Notes: a model not told the origin generated them from the sequence alone. A stretch of 39,289 nt of DNA from a virus (IMGVR_UViG_3300031965_001344:1-39289); one strand, 5' to 3'; counted from the first letter of the stretch, positions 7,641 through 16,744 are shown. Numbers and translations are program-made.

Positions 7641-9869
7641 TCAGCCCGGCCGCAGCGCCCGCAGGCTGACCCGCGCCGCGGCGCGGCTCACCTGCTTTTC
7701 CGAGCGCAGGAAATCGTCGGGGCTGGAATTGGGGAAGTTGAAGTTCTGCACGATCGCTCTGCCCCCCGCGCGCCCGCCCAGCGCCTTCATCTGCTCGGGC
7801 GTGAACACGCCCTCGTCGCGCTTGAGGATCGCGGCGACCTCGTCACCGGCGAGGCCCCCCAGGTGATAGCGCGGCGCGGCGATGAACAGCCTCGGATCGA
7901 CCGGCCGGCGCGCCCCCTCGGCGCCGGCGATGCCGCCCGAATGCAGGAAGATGTCTTCGGTGAAGGTCTGGCCGAGCGGAATGTCCGCGGTGCGGCGTAA
8001 GTCGCCGAAGGTGATGGCGTTGGGCCCGGTGGCGTGGCCGCCGAACAGCGAGCCCACCAGGTTGGTGAGAATTCCCCCGAGGCCGCCGCCGGCGCCCGAT
8101 TGGCCTTTCGTCGTGTTTCCCCCGACTATGCGCTTGGCCTGCTCCTCGACGAAGTCCTCGAACGGATTGGTGACCAGCGTCCTCAGCACGATGCGTTGCA
8201 AGGTCTCGTCGAGGGCATTGAGGGTGTCGATCAGCTTCTCGCCGCCGACGATCGCGTCCTCGAAGGCGGTCGAGATCGGCTGGGCCGCGTCCTTGATCGC
8301 CTCGGTCAGCGCGTCGGTGCCGGCCGCCGCGCCCTCGAGCTCCTTGCGCGCCTTGGCCGTCGCCCGGAGGAAGGTGTCCTGGTCGATGGCGCCGATGCGG
8401 TAGAGCGCGTGCAGCTCCTCGAGCTCGGCGCCGTAGCGCTCGGCCGCCGTGCGGGTCTCCTCGAACACCCGCTTGGCGGCGGCGAGCTGGGCCTTGGTCG
8501 CCTCCGGCCCCGCGGCCGCCGCCGCCGGCGCCGCCGTCGGCGGGAACACCTCGGTCAGCTTGCTCAAGCCCCGGAGCTCGGCGTTGGCCAGCAGCTCGCG
8601 CATCCGCGCCCCGAACCCGCCGGCGGCGTCCGCTCCCGTCTCGCGGCCGAACAGCGAGACCGTCTTTAGATCTATGCCCACACCTGTGGCGGTGCTGTTG
8701 ATCGTGTCGAGTAGGCCTTTAGCCGCGGCGGCGGGGTCGGGCATCGCTACAAGGTCCTGGCCGCGCAGCGTGCGCACGAAATTAATCCAGGCGCCGATAG
8801 ATTTGACGATGTCGTCCCAGAAGGCGGCGATCGCGACGATCCCCGCCTTGCCCCACGCGCCGAGGAACAGGAAGCCGAGCAGGCCGATCTCCTGGATGAT
8901 CGGCGGCAAGCTGTTGAACGCCGTGAAAAGGTTGTTCACGCCGCGGACCGCGGTGTCGAAGATGGGCGCGAGGAAATCCGCCGTGTCGGCGAGACCGATC
9001 AGGACGCCCTTGATCGCGCTCACGATGCCGTCGGCGAGCTTCTGGGCCAGGGCGTCGAGGCCGCCGGCGTTGGCCTCGAGGCCCGCCAGGACCTCGGCGC
9101 CGATGTTCTTGATGAACTCGAAGGGGCCGCGGTCCATGACGTTCTGGCGGAACTGGAACCATCGGTCCGAGAACATCGACATCAGCCCGTCCCAGGTGGT
9201 GGCGAGGTCGCGGGCCGCGCCCTTGAACTGGCTTCCGGCCTTGTTCCACTCCTCGAACAGCTTCTTGCGGGTGTCCTCGGCCGAGGTGCTGACCCCCGCC
9301 TGGAAGCCCAGCATCGCCAGCACGCCGCGCTCGCGGAAGAGGTCGGCCGAGGCGGCGCCGGCCGAGACCATGCGCACCACCTGCTCGGTGGTCTCCTGGA
9401 AGGTGAGCCCGGTCACCGCGGCGAGGTCGGCGATCAGCGGCAGGAACTCGAGCACCTCGTCGGCCCCGCCCCGCAGCACGCCGGAGAGCTGCGTCGCCGA
9501 GGCCATGACCTCGCGGTACTCGAAGGGAAGGTTGCCGGCGAGCTTCGCCGCCTCCTCGAACAGGCGGTTGGCCTCGGACTGGCTGCGCAGCAGCGCCACC
9601 AGCCGCAGGCGGTAGCCCTCGGCCTCGCGGGAGGGCGCGATGAACGCCATCCCGACCCGCACCGCGGCGAAGGCCGCCGCGCCCAGCGCCGCGGTGAGCA
9701 CGAGCACGCGCCGGCGGACGCGCTCCAGCCCGTCGCCGAAGCTCCGGGCCCGGCGGCCGGACCGTTCCGCCCGGCGCCCGAAGCGGTCGAGCTCGCCGCC
9801 GGCCGAGCGGACCTCGCCCCTGAGCCGGCCGGAATCGGCGTCGATCTCGACGAACAGCTTCAGCGCCAT
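7641..9869 (-). CDS. Tail tape measure protein
   Basis: Long Ala/Gly/Leu-rich protein; C-terminal HSGG/PRYHLGG/DEVAAIL motifs; follows chaperones; start MALKL with AGGAGG RBS. Confidence 0.9.
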   Translation of the reverse strand: MALKLFVEIDADSGRLRGEVRSAGGELDRFGRRAERSGRRARSFGDGLERVRRRVLVLTAALGAAAFAAVRVGMAFIAPSREAEGYRLRLVALLRSQSEANRLFEEAAKLAGNLPFEYREVMASATQLSGVLRGGADEVLEFLPLIADLAAVTGLTFQETTEQVVRMVSAGAASADLFRERGVLAMLGFQAGVSTSAEDTRKKLFEEWNKAGSQFKGAARDLATTWDGLMSMFSDRWFQFRQNVMDRGPFEFIKNIGAEVLAGLEANAGGLDALAQKLADGIVSAIKGVLIGLADTADFLAPIFDTAVRGVNNLFTAFNSLPPIIQEIGLLGFLFLGAWGKAGIVAIAAFWDDIVKSIGAWINFVRTLRGQDLVAMPDPAAAAKGLLDTINSTATGVGIDLKTVSLFGRETGADAAGGFGARMRELLANAELRGLSKLTEVFPPTAAPAAAAAGPEATKAQLAAAKRVFEETRTAAERYGAELEELHALYRIGAIDQDTFLRATAKARKELEGAAAGTDALTEAIKDAAQPISTAFEDAIVGGEKLIDTLNALDETLQRIVLRTLVTNPFEDFVEEQAKRIVGGNTTKGQSGAGGGLGGILTNLVGSLFGGHATGPNAITFGDLRRTADIPLGQTFTEDIFLHSGGIAGAEGARRPVDPRLFIAAPRYHLGGLAGDEVAAILKRDEGVFTPEQMKALGGRAGGRAIVQNFNFPNSSPDDFLRSEKQVSRAAARVSLRALRPG

Positions 9870-9870
9870 C

Positions 9871-9972
9871 GTGCCTCCTGGCGCGCATCCGCGCGTCGCG
9901 CCGGCAGGCGCGCACCCGCACGTCGTGCTTTGCACGCTTGCGCGTGACGTGCTTTGCACGCTTTCGCGTGAC
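9871..9972 (+). repeat. Array of four micro-repeat units (27+27+24+24 bp)
   Basis: GTGCCTCCTGGCGCGCATCCGCGCGTC, GCGCCGGCAGGCGCGCACCCGCACGTC, GTGCTTTGCACGCTTGCGCGTGAC, GTGCTTTGCACGCTTTCGCGTGAC. Confidence 0.9.
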
Positions 9973-9975
9973 GCA

Positions 9976-10365
9976 TCACCGCCTCTCGTTGAGGATGGGC
10001 AGCGCCGCCGCCTCCATCACCCGGACGCCGCCGAAGAGATCCTCCGTGATCCGCAGCCCGAGCGCCCGGGCGGCCGGCGGCAGCGCCGCGTAGTCGAGCC
10101 CGGTGTGGATCGCGGCCCCGCCGCCGAGGCCCGCCACCACCACGACCCGCCACTGGGTCGCCAGCGCGCAGAACAGGCGCACGGCATCGGCGTTGTCCGG
10201 CCACACCGCGAAGGGCTCCGCCTCCGCGTCGCGGTTCAGCATGGCCGGATCGATCCCGAAGAAGGCGAGATCCTCGGCCAGCGGGTCGTTCTCCGGCTCG
10301 TGCCCGGAGGCGTTCGGTGTCGAGCCGCCGCGCGCCCAGTGGCGGGCGGCGGCCTTCAGTTTTTT
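9976..10365 (-). CDS. DUF1799-like tail chaperone extension (gpT of a G/GT pair), reached by -1 frameshift
   Basis: VWPDN..AVRLF..L.TQWR, GLDY, GVRVME.AAL; begins at the slippery site. Confidence 0.8.
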   Translation of the reverse strand, partial: KKLKAAARHWARGGSTPNASGHEPENDPLAEDLAFFGIDPAMLNRDAEAEPFAVWPDNADAVRLFCALATQWRVVVVAGLGGGAAIHTGLDYAALPPAARALGLRITEDLFGGVRVMEAAALPILNERR

Positions 10366-10712
10366 GCCTGCCCACCCCGCATCACCTCCGCGAAGGCCGT
10401 GATCACGGCGTTGAGGACGTCGAGGCGGTTGAGGGCCGCGGCCAGGACCTCGGGGCCGAAGGGCAGCGCCTGGTCGTTGGCGTCGACCACGTCGCGCCAG
10501 CCCTTGACGCGGCTCGCCAGGAACTCCCGCACCTTGGCGAGGTCGTCGGCGCCGGCGGCCATGAGGTCCTTGCCGCCGAGCTCGCCCAGCATCTCGTCGA
10601 TGTCGGGCACGTCGAAGGTCATGTGGAAGGTCTGCAGCCGGCTCTTGCCGGCCTCGGCGACGCGGACCTTGACCGGCCACTCGACCAGCCGTTCCTCGGT
10701 GATCTTGAACAT
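10356..10712 (-). CDS. Tail assembly chaperone (gpG-like)
   Basis: MFKI..WPVKV..VKGWRDVVD..LPF..AKN; lies between tail tube and tape measure; GGAG RBS. Confidence 0.85.
   Translation of the reverse strand: MFKITEERLVEWPVKVRVAEAGKSRLQTFHMTFDVPDIDEMLGELGGKDLMAAGADDLAKVREFLASRVKGWRDVVDANDQALPFGPEVLAAALNRLDVLNAVITAFAEVMRGGQAKN
10359..10365 (-). other. Programmed -1 frameshift heptamer A AAA AAC
   Basis: GCA AAA AAC TGA ends the chaperone gene; the -1 frame continues into the DUF1799-like ORF. Confidence 0.85.
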
Positions 10713-10735
10713 GGGGTCTCCCTGCTTGCCGGTGG

Positions 10736-11668
10736 CTACTTGGTGGTGATCTTGAACTCGTCGTCGCCCGCGGCCGAGGGGATCAGCTTGAGCGGGACGT
10801 TCAGCATGACGACGCCCTGGCTGTCCTCGTAGCTCGGCCGGCCGACCTCGCAGGTGGGCCCGTCGAGGACCACGATGTTGCCCGCCACGGTGCCGTGCTG
10901 GCAGCTGAAGGCGACCTTGGTCCGGGCCCGGGCGAGGGCGAAGAAATCCTTGGTCGCCAGGGTCTCCATCTCGATCTTGGCCTGGCCGGTCGCCTCCCGG
11001 CCCGAGACGATGATGCTCTCGGCGCCGATCAGGAACCGCCCCTCCACGGTGTTTCCGAGCTCGAGCGTGAGCTCCTGGAGCACCGCCGAGATCCCGGCGA
11101 GGGTGAAGACCGGCGTGTTGGCGTCGGAGGCCACCAGCGGCGTCTGGTAGGCCGACGTGTCCGGCGCCGGCAGGGCGTCGTCGGTGGCGGCGACGAACAG
11201 CCCCATCATGCGGAAGCGGTAGCGCGGCAGGGCGCTCGGCCCGAGGGTGACTCCGACGGTGCCCCTTGCGCCCAGCAGCGCGTGAAGGATGCCGTCGTAA
11301 TTGACGTAGATGGTGACCGATTCGAAGCTCTCGCTGACCGGGTCGTACTCGACCGGCCCGGTCGTGGGCGTGATGGTCTCGGCGAGCCCGCAGGCGCGCA
11401 GCAGCGGCCCGTAGCCCGGCGGTGTGTCGACGGCGCCGCCGCCGGCGATCTCGACCTCGAAGTCGAGGCCGACATGGGTGTCGACCAGGATGTCGCCCCG
11501 GGCGCCCATGTAGGGCTGGATGGTCTCGCGGTTGACCTCCCCGCCCTCGAGCGGCCGCAGGCTGACGTTGGCGGCCAGGATGGCGTTGGCCGCGCCGGTC
11601 GGCGTCGGGTCCACCCCGTAGTCCGCCTCGATCTTCGCCAGCAGCGTCTTCTTGCGCCAGAATTTCAT
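10736..11668 (-). CDS. Major tail tube protein
   Basis: LLAKIEADYGVDP, P.YGPLLRACG, H.LLGARGT and HGTVAGN motifs of Mu-like siphovirus tube proteins. Confidence 0.88.
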   Translation of the reverse strand: MKFWRKKTLLAKIEADYGVDPTPTGAANAILAANVSLRPLEGGEVNRETIQPYMGARGDILVDTHVGLDFEVEIAGGGAVDTPPGYGPLLRACGLAETITPTTGPVEYDPVSESFESVTIYVNYDGILHALLGARGTVGVTLGPSALPRYRFRMMGLFVAATDDALPAPDTSAYQTPLVASDANTPVFTLAGISAVLQELTLELGNTVEGRFLIGAESIIVSGREATGQAKIEMETLATKDFFALARARTKVAFSCQHGTVAGNIVVLDGPTCEVGRPSYEDSQGVVMLNVPLKLIPSAAGDDEFKITTK

Positions 11669-11886
11669 GACTTGGTCTCCTCATCCGCCGGTCCCTTGCC
11701 GGCGGCCGTGTCCTTGACCTTCGGTGCCGGAGGGGCCGCGGGCGCTTTCTCTCCGGGCGTCGTGCCGCCAGGCGCGCCTCCGCGCGTCGTGCTTTGCACG
11801 CTTGCGCGTGACGGTGCCGGCCGCGTGAACTCCACGCGCCTGGGCTCCTTCCCCTTCTCCACGATGTATCGGCCGCCCTGTCTCAT
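11665..11886 (-). CDS. Small hypothetical protein containing a 51-bp in-frame repeat pair
   Basis: MRQGGRYIVEKG; RBS and ATGA coupling to the tube gene. Confidence 0.65.
   Translation of the reverse strand: MRQGGRYIVEKGKEPRRVEFTRPAPSRASVQSTTRGGAPGGTTPGEKAPAAPPAPKVKDTAAGKGPADEETKS
11762..11812 (+). repeat. Micro-repeat pair (27+24 bp)
   Basis: GTGCCGCCAGGCGCGCCTCCGCGCGTC + GTGCTTTGCACGCTTGCGCGTGAC (second unit identical to 9925-9948). Confidence 0.9.
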
Positions 11887-11898
11887 GATGGGTCCCTC

Positions 11899-12348
11899 CT
11901 AGATGGCCGCCCGGATGAGCCAGTCGGTGCGGAAGTCGATCTGCATGAACCCCGCGCCGCCGGCGATCCCGACCAGGCGCGCGCGGGCCTCCTCGAAGGG
12001 GCCGTAGCCCGCCCCGGGCTGCCAGCCGGCCAGAGCGACGCGCACCGAGGTCTTGAGCGGCTCGAGCCCCGCCCGCGTCCTGTCGCCCGAGCGGTCGCCG
12101 GCGCGCTTGTCGACGATCAACACGCCGATGGTCTCCACCACCCGCTGGCTCAGCAGGCCGGTGAGGATGTTGCCGCTCTCGGCGTCCTCGCCCACCGACA
12201 GGATGAAGGCGTGGGGGAATTGAGGCGGCAGGATGTTGCGGCCCAGCAGGTCGGCGAGCTCGAGCGCGCCCTCGACGCCCTTGAGCGCCGCCACCTCGGC
12301 CGTGAGCCGGTCGATGACCGCCTGGGCGAGATCGATCGGCGGGCTCAT
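11899..12348 (-). CDS. Tail terminator protein (Mu gp37-like)
   Basis: VIDRL, P.AF, V...LAGWQP, DF.T motifs; position before tail tube. Confidence 0.75.
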   Translation of the reverse strand: MSPPIDLAQAVIDRLTAEVAALKGVEGALELADLLGRNILPPQFPHAFILSVGEDAESGNILTGLLSQRVVETIGVLIVDKRAGDRSGDRTRAGLEPLKTSVRVALAGWQPGAGYGPFEEARARLVGIAGGAGFMQIDFRTDWLIRAAI

Positions 12349-12848
12349 CTTCCAGCCTCCGGTCCCGCCCGCTCGGCGAGCCAGTCCTCGATCTCTGTGA
12401 GCGCGATCCCTTCCTGCTCGTCGTCGATCCCGAGGAAGGGGCGGGCGGGGATGGAAACCCGGCTGGGCGACCGGAAGCCCCCGTCGGCGAGGCGGAAGCC
12501 GAGCCGGCCGCCGCCTTTCGCCCGGATCGTGCCGCCGAACTGGTGGATCGCGGCGTAGATCACGTTGGTGCCGACCCGCACCGACCGGGCCCCGGCCTCA
12601 TAGGTGATCGAGTCCGAGAGGCGCCCCCGGTCGACCAGCGTACGGCCGCCCTGGAGCGTGGCGCGGAGCGAGGGCGGCCAGCGCGTGCCGCCCGGCCCCG
12701 CGCCCTCCTCGAAGCGGCGGCCGGTGTCGGCCTCGATGGCCGCGCCGACGCGCTTCATCGCCGGGGCCAGATCATCGGCGGCGGCGCCGAGGCGGGCCAG
12801 CAGGGCGCGGACCTCGCGGTCGTCGATCCTCAACTGGGCGCCCGCCAT
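12345..12848 (-). CDS. Phage virion morphogenesis protein (Mu gpG-like)
   Basis: RF....GP.GTRW, L.D.GRL..SI, VGTNVIYAAIHQFGG, IPARPFLGI. Confidence 0.92.
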   Translation of the reverse strand: MAGAQLRIDDREVRALLARLGAAADDLAPAMKRVGAAIEADTGRRFEEGAGPGGTRWPPSLRATLQGGRTLVDRGRLSDSITYEAGARSVRVGTNVIYAAIHQFGGTIRAKGGGRLGFRLADGGFRSPSRVSIPARPFLGIDDEQEGIALTEIEDWLAERAGPEAGR

Positions 12849-12851
12849 CGC

Positions 12852-13268
12852 CTAGAACCCCTTCATGCTGTCGCGGCTGAAGGTGCGCTCGGGGCCCTCG
12901 GTCTCGGGCCGCTGGCCCGGCGCGTCGGGCTCGGCGCCCTCGACGTCGAGCCGGATGGTGCCCTTGGACAGGCCCTCGAGCATGCGGATGGAGCGGTCGT
13001 AGTTGAGCCGCGCCTCCTCCGGCGCGCCGTGGGGGTGGAGCTTGTAGAAAACGATGTCGGCCGCGATCGGGGTCAGCATCGGCGGGGTGGAGGCGAGCGG
13101 CAGCTCGTAGCGGGCGCCCAGGTACCCGTCGATCACCGCGTCGGCGTCGGCGATCGCGCGGTCGGCCACGTCGGCGTCGATGACGTCATCGCCGTCGCGG
13201 TCGGCGAGCTGCTGCATGGTCGGCTCGCCGAAGCGCTCGATCAGCTCCGTCAAGGTGATATAGGCCAT
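12852..13268 (-). CDS. Head-tail adaptor, Mu gp36/DUF1320 family
   Basis: MAYIT..ELIERFG, AIADADAVIDGYL..RY.LPL, F.RDSMKGF. Confidence 0.92.
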   Translation of the reverse strand: MAYITLTELIERFGEPTMQQLADRDGDDVIDADVADRAIADADAVIDGYLGARYELPLASTPPMLTPIAADIVFYKLHPHGAPEEARLNYDRSIRMLEGLSKGTIRLDVEGAEPDAPGQRPETEGPERTFSRDSMKGF

Positions 13269-13280
13269 CGGGCCCCTCTC

Positions 13281-13309
13281 AAAAAGTGGGGCGGCGGGGT
13301 CGGCCCCAC
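13281..13309 (-). terminator. Intrinsic terminator after the capsid genes
   Basis: Minus strand GTGGGGC-N10-GCCCCAC-TTTTT. Confidence 0.6.
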
Positions 13310-13366
13310 GGCGGTGACTTCACCTCGCGCCGCGGCCCCCGCCGCCCCCGTGAATTCCGCCCGGGG

Positions 13367-13633
13367 CTACTTCCGGCCGCCGCCCGTCTTGCCTGGCGGC
13401 TTGGCGGCGGGCCCGCCCGGGGGCTTCTTATCGAGGTCGGCCTCCTGGGGCTCCTGCACTTCCGCGACATCACGGACGACGAGGGTGGGCTCGGCCAGGA
13501 TCTGCGCGAGCTGCGCCGCGGTGAAGCTGCCCGTCTCGTGGAGGACGGGCTGGTCGGGGTGTTCGATGCCGCCGCGCCGGAAGCCGGCGCGCTTGGAGAC
13601 GATCTCGATGTACTTCTCTTTTCCGGTCGCCAT
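13367..13633 (-). CDS. HI1506-related protein (Mu gp35-like)
   Basis: I.SKRAGFRRGG..H, QILAEP.L.V; AGGAGG RBS; follows MCP. Confidence 0.8.
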   Translation of the reverse strand: MATGKEKYIEIVSKRAGFRRGGIEHPDQPVLHETGSFTAAQLAQILAEPTLVVRDVAEVQEPQEADLDKKPPGGPAAKPPGKTGGGRK

Positions 13634-13644
13634 GTCGGGCCCTC

Positions 13645-14742
13645 CTAGGCGAGCCACGGCGTGACCAGCAGGTCGGCCGTGTTGCGGTAGACGTTGGTGG
13701 CGCCGGCGGCGTCGCGCTCGGCGTTGAGGAGCTCGAGCGCCTGGCCCTCGAGGCCGGGCGGCACCGCCAGCAGGTCCGGCATGATGCCGAGCGGACGGCC
13801 GTGGTCGCCCTTGAACGCCATCATCGATTCGCGGGCCAGCTTGTAGGTGGTCTTGGAGAGCGCCTGCTTCGAGCCCCAGGCGAACTGCCAGAAGCCGAAG
13901 CCGACGTTGGAGCGCCCGTCGACGCCGTAGATGAATTCCTTCTTCATGAAGACGTTCTGATCGTCCTCCTTGTCCAGCGCCACGAACATCGGCTCCTTGC
14001 GCACCTGGCGGAGGATCGGCTTGAGCGCCCGCTTGGTGGCGAGGAGGAACCACGGGGTGCCGCCGCCGCCGTCGGTGTTGGCGACCGAGGCGACCGAGCC
14101 GTCGGCCTGGATCACCGGGTGGTCGGTGTCGAAGAAGGGTTGGCCGTCATAGGCGAGCCCGGTGAAGCCGGTATTCAGCAGGCCGAACACGAGCTCGTTG
14201 GGATGGGCGCCGGTGGCCTGGCCCATCTCCTCGAAGAGCGGCGCGTAGACCCCGTACTGGTCGTCGTCGAGGTCGTCGCGGTCGACCCCGACGGTGAGCT
14301 CGTGGTGCTTATTCACGATCGTGTAGTCGTGGGCGGCGAGGTTCTGCACCACCCGGTCGCCGATCCACTCGCGGATGCCGGGGACCTTGCCGATCCAGCC
14401 GTATTTCTCCTCGCGGGTGGAGGACGGCACCCGGGTGGCGATGCGCTCGTGGTCCGAGGGCGCCATGCCGAGGCCGCTCTGGAACGCCGTCTTGAAGCCC
14501 TGGAAGACGATGCCGAGGTTGGCCTGGTTGATCATGATGCCGGCCAGGCCGATGACGCTGAAGGGCGCAGCGTCCGCCCCGAACGTCACGCCCAGGGGCG
14601 TGCATCCGCACAACGGCGCCGCGGCGAGCAGCGCGCCGGTGGACCCGCCGGCCGGCAGGCCCGCGCCGAGGACGGCCAGCCCGGCCAGGCCGAGGACCAT
14701 CAGCCCGGCGAGGCCGGGGAGGATGAGAGCTTTGAGGATCAT
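13645..14742 (-). CDS. Major capsid protein (Mu gpT family) with a hydrophobic N-terminal leader
   Basis: GFKTAFQ, YGWIG..P..REWIGDR, YDGQPFFDTDHP, GFWQFAWGS; AAGGAG RBS precedes 14742; alternative core start at 14535. Confidence 0.93.
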   Translation of the reverse strand: MILKALILPGLAGLMVLGLAGLAVLGAGLPAGGSTGALLAAAPLCGCTPLGVTFGADAAPFSVIGLAGIMINQANLGIVFQGFKTAFQSGLGMAPSDHERIATRVPSSTREEKYGWIGKVPGIREWIGDRVVQNLAAHDYTIVNKHHELTVGVDRDDLDDDQYGVYAPLFEEMGQATGAHPNELVFGLLNTGFTGLAYDGQPFFDTDHPVIQADGSVASVANTDGGGGTPWFLLATKRALKPILRQVRKEPMFVALDKEDDQNVFMKKEFIYGVDGRSNVGFGFWQFAWGSKQALSKTTYKLARESMMAFKGDHGRPLGIMPDLLAVPPGLEGQALELLNAERDAAGATNVYRNTADLLVTPWLA

Positions 14743-14753
14743 GTCGGGGCTCC

Positions 14754-15614
14754 TTACACGAAGGTGATCGCGCCGGACGCGACCAGCTTGCCGTCGGGCA
14801 TCACCAGGATCAGGAACCAAGTGTCGGCGCCGGACTCGGTGATGGTGATGTCGATGTCGCCGTCGGCCTCGCTGACCAGCTGGAAGGCCTTGCCGGCGAC
14901 TAGCGGGATGGCGAGCCCGTCGGCGCCGATGGCGGCGCCGCCGTCGGGCGCGATGCCGGCGATGGAATCGCCGTTGGCGTCGTCCGACAGGTAGGCGAGG
15001 ACGTGGCCGCGGACCGCGAGGTCGGCGCCGGCGGAATCCTTGAGCTGGATCGTGACGTTGATGTCGGCGCCGGCCTGGGCCCCGACCACGATCGCCGGCG
15101 TGCCCATCTTCTCGTAGACCCCGAGGTTGGCGCGCGAGGTCGGCTTGCTGGCGACGTCCGACAGGTTGTTGGCGGCGGCGAGGCTGCCCGAGAGCGGCCC
15201 CTCGACATGGCCGGTCAGCACCCAGACCCCCTGGGCGTCGACGTCCACGACGGTGCCGGCCGGGCTGCGGGTGCCGGTGCCGTCGGTCTTGGCGACGGTC
15301 TGGTCGTCGACGATGTAGGCCGTCGAGCCGACGTTGGCGATGGTGATCTCCTCGCCGCCCTCGGAGTTGCCCCAGCGGAAGATGCCGCGGTCGACATCGA
15401 CGCTGAGGTCGCCGTTGGCGCCGGCCGAGTTGTCGACCTGCCCGGCGGCGCGGCCGAGCGCCCGCTTGGCCACCGCGGTCGCGCCTGGCTTGGCCACCGC
15501 GCCGTCGAGCATGACGAGCGAGCCCGCGAAGATCTTCGTCGCCGCGGCGACAGGCACGGTGATGCGGTCGCCGCTGCGGGCGGCGGTGTTGCGGTCTGTG
15601 GTGAGGGCGGTCAT
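14754..15614 (-). CDS. Capsid decoration/cement protein with C-terminal extension
   Basis: MTALTTDRNT, KIFAGSLV, VDNSAGANG, YIVDDQTVAKTDG.GTRS.AG, GVWV; LAAANNLSDVA linker. Confidence 0.8.
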   Translation of the reverse strand: MTALTTDRNTAARSGDRITVPVAAATKIFAGSLVMLDGAVAKPGATAVAKRALGRAAGQVDNSAGANGDLSVDVDRGIFRWGNSEGGEEITIANVGSTAYIVDDQTVAKTDGTGTRSPAGTVVDVDAQGVWVLTGHVEGPLSGSLAAANNLSDVASKPTSRANLGVYEKMGTPAIVVGAQAGADINVTIQLKDSAGADLAVRGHVLAYLSDDANGDSIAGIAPDGGAAIGADGLAIPLVAGKAFQLVSEADGDIDITITESGADTWFLILVMPDGKLVASGAITFV

Positions 15615-16288
15615 GCGGCGTCTCCTTCCTCGAGGTCTTCGTCACGGGTCTTGCGGAAGGCCGCCTCGTCGAGCCCCATGGCGCGGCAGACGGCCTTCTC
15701 GTCGTCGCTGAGCGCCGCACCCTTCTTCGCCGGGGCGGCCGCGCCGGCCGCGCCGGGGGCGAGCACCACCGGCTGCTTGGAGACGAAGGCGTTGAAGCCG
15801 TCCGGGTCCTTGGCGGCGAAGCCGATGGCCCACTCGCGCTGGGCGGGGACGATCTTCCCCTCCTTCACGGCGGCCTCGACCTTGGCGGTGGCGCGCTCGG
15901 TCGCCTGGGCGCCGAGCACCTCGCCGAGCTGCCTGTTCACCTTGTCGAACTCCTCGCGGGAGACGGACGTGCCGGAGTCCTTGGTGCCGCCGTCGCCCTT
16001 CTTGGCCAGCGCCGTCTCGACCGCCTTGGCATCGGCGTCGTCTGGGAGCGCCAGCGCCTCGCGCGTGGCCTTGGCGATGGCGGCGTCGCCGGCGGCCGCC
16101 TCGACCGCCGCGACAACGTCGGCGGCCTTGGTGTCCCCCTTGAGCCCGAGGGCCTTGCGGATCGAGGAGAAGGAGTCGCCCGCGAGCGAGTGATCCGCCT
16201 CGCGCTCCTTGAGGCGAGCGATGACCGCGTCCTCGTCGGCGTCGGCCTCGAGGAGCAAGATCTCGCGAAGCTTGGCGATGAGATCCAT
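15611..16288 (-). CDS. Internally initiated scaffold protein (Mu gpZ-like)
   Basis: AAGGAAAACGAC-ATG (MDLIAKLRE) immediately after the protease domain. Confidence 0.6.
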   Translation of the reverse strand: MDLIAKLREILLLEADADEDAVIARLKEREADHSLAGDSFSSIRKALGLKGDTKAADVVAAVEAAAGDAAIAKATREALALPDDADAKAVETALAKKGDGGTKDSGTSVSREEFDKVNRQLGEVLGAQATERATAKVEAAVKEGKIVPAQREWAIGFAAKDPDGFNAFVSKQPVVLAPGAAGAAAPAKKGAALSDDEKAVCRAMGLDEAAFRKTRDEDLEEGDAA

Positions 16289-16744
16289 GTCGTTTTCCTT
16301 TCGCGCCAGCGCGGTGAGATCCTCCAGCGCCGGGTTGTTGGTGAGGGCCGCGCGCAGCAGGCGGGTCACGGCCTTGGTCGCGCGGCTGAACTGGAAGACG
16401 GGGGAGAGGAAGCGGTATTCCTTGTCGCGGATCATCCCGGCCGCCCGCTCGGTCCACTCGACCCGGCCCCAGATGCCGTCGGCCCGGGCCTGGAGCTCCT
16501 TGATCCACCCCGCCGCCGGCGCCGGCTGGCCGTTCCTGGGCGCGTTGTCGGTCTGGTGCTCGAAGTCGAGCACGAGATCCCGCCCGCCGGCCGCCCGAAG
16601 CAGGGTCTCCGCGTCGCGCAGGTGGAAGGGGCCGCGGCCGTCGTTGGTCGTGAACGTCCCGGAGGGCAGAAGGTGGACCCACTCCGGCGGCTCGCCGCCG
16701 GCGGCGACGATGGCGAAGGTCATGTGGGCGGTGCCGAACTCCAT
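15611..16744 (-). CDS. Prohead protease/scaffold (Mu gpI)
   Basis: WVHLLP.G...DGRGP, DFEHQ, APAAGWI, VEWT, EYRFLSPVF, ALTNNPAL; start placed just after the late promoter. Confidence 0.92.
   Translation of the reverse strand: MEFGTAHMTFAIVAAGGEPPEWVHLLPSGTFTTNDGRGPFHLRDAETLLRAAGGRDLVLDFEHQTDNAPRNGQPAPAAGWIKELQARADGIWGRVEWTERAAGMIRDKEYRFLSPVFQFSRATKAVTRLLRAALTNNPALEDLTALARKENDMDLIAKLREILLLEADADEDAVIARLKEREADHSLAGDSFSSIRKALGLKGDTKAADVVAAVEAAAGDAAIAKATREALALPDDADAKAVETALAKKGDGGTKDSGTSVSREEFDKVNRQLGEVLGAQATERATAKVEAAVKEGKIVPAQREWAIGFAAKDPDGFNAFVSKQPVVLAPGAAGAAAPAKKGAALSDDEKAVCRAMGLDEAAFRKTRDEDLEEGDAA

Noticed and set aside
13645-15720. Long N-terminal extensions in the ORF track (MCP 691 aa, transposase 840 aa, ParB 640 aa, hub 514 aa)
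   Set aside because: They overlap upstream genes; ATGA-coupled or RBS-supported starts lie downstream
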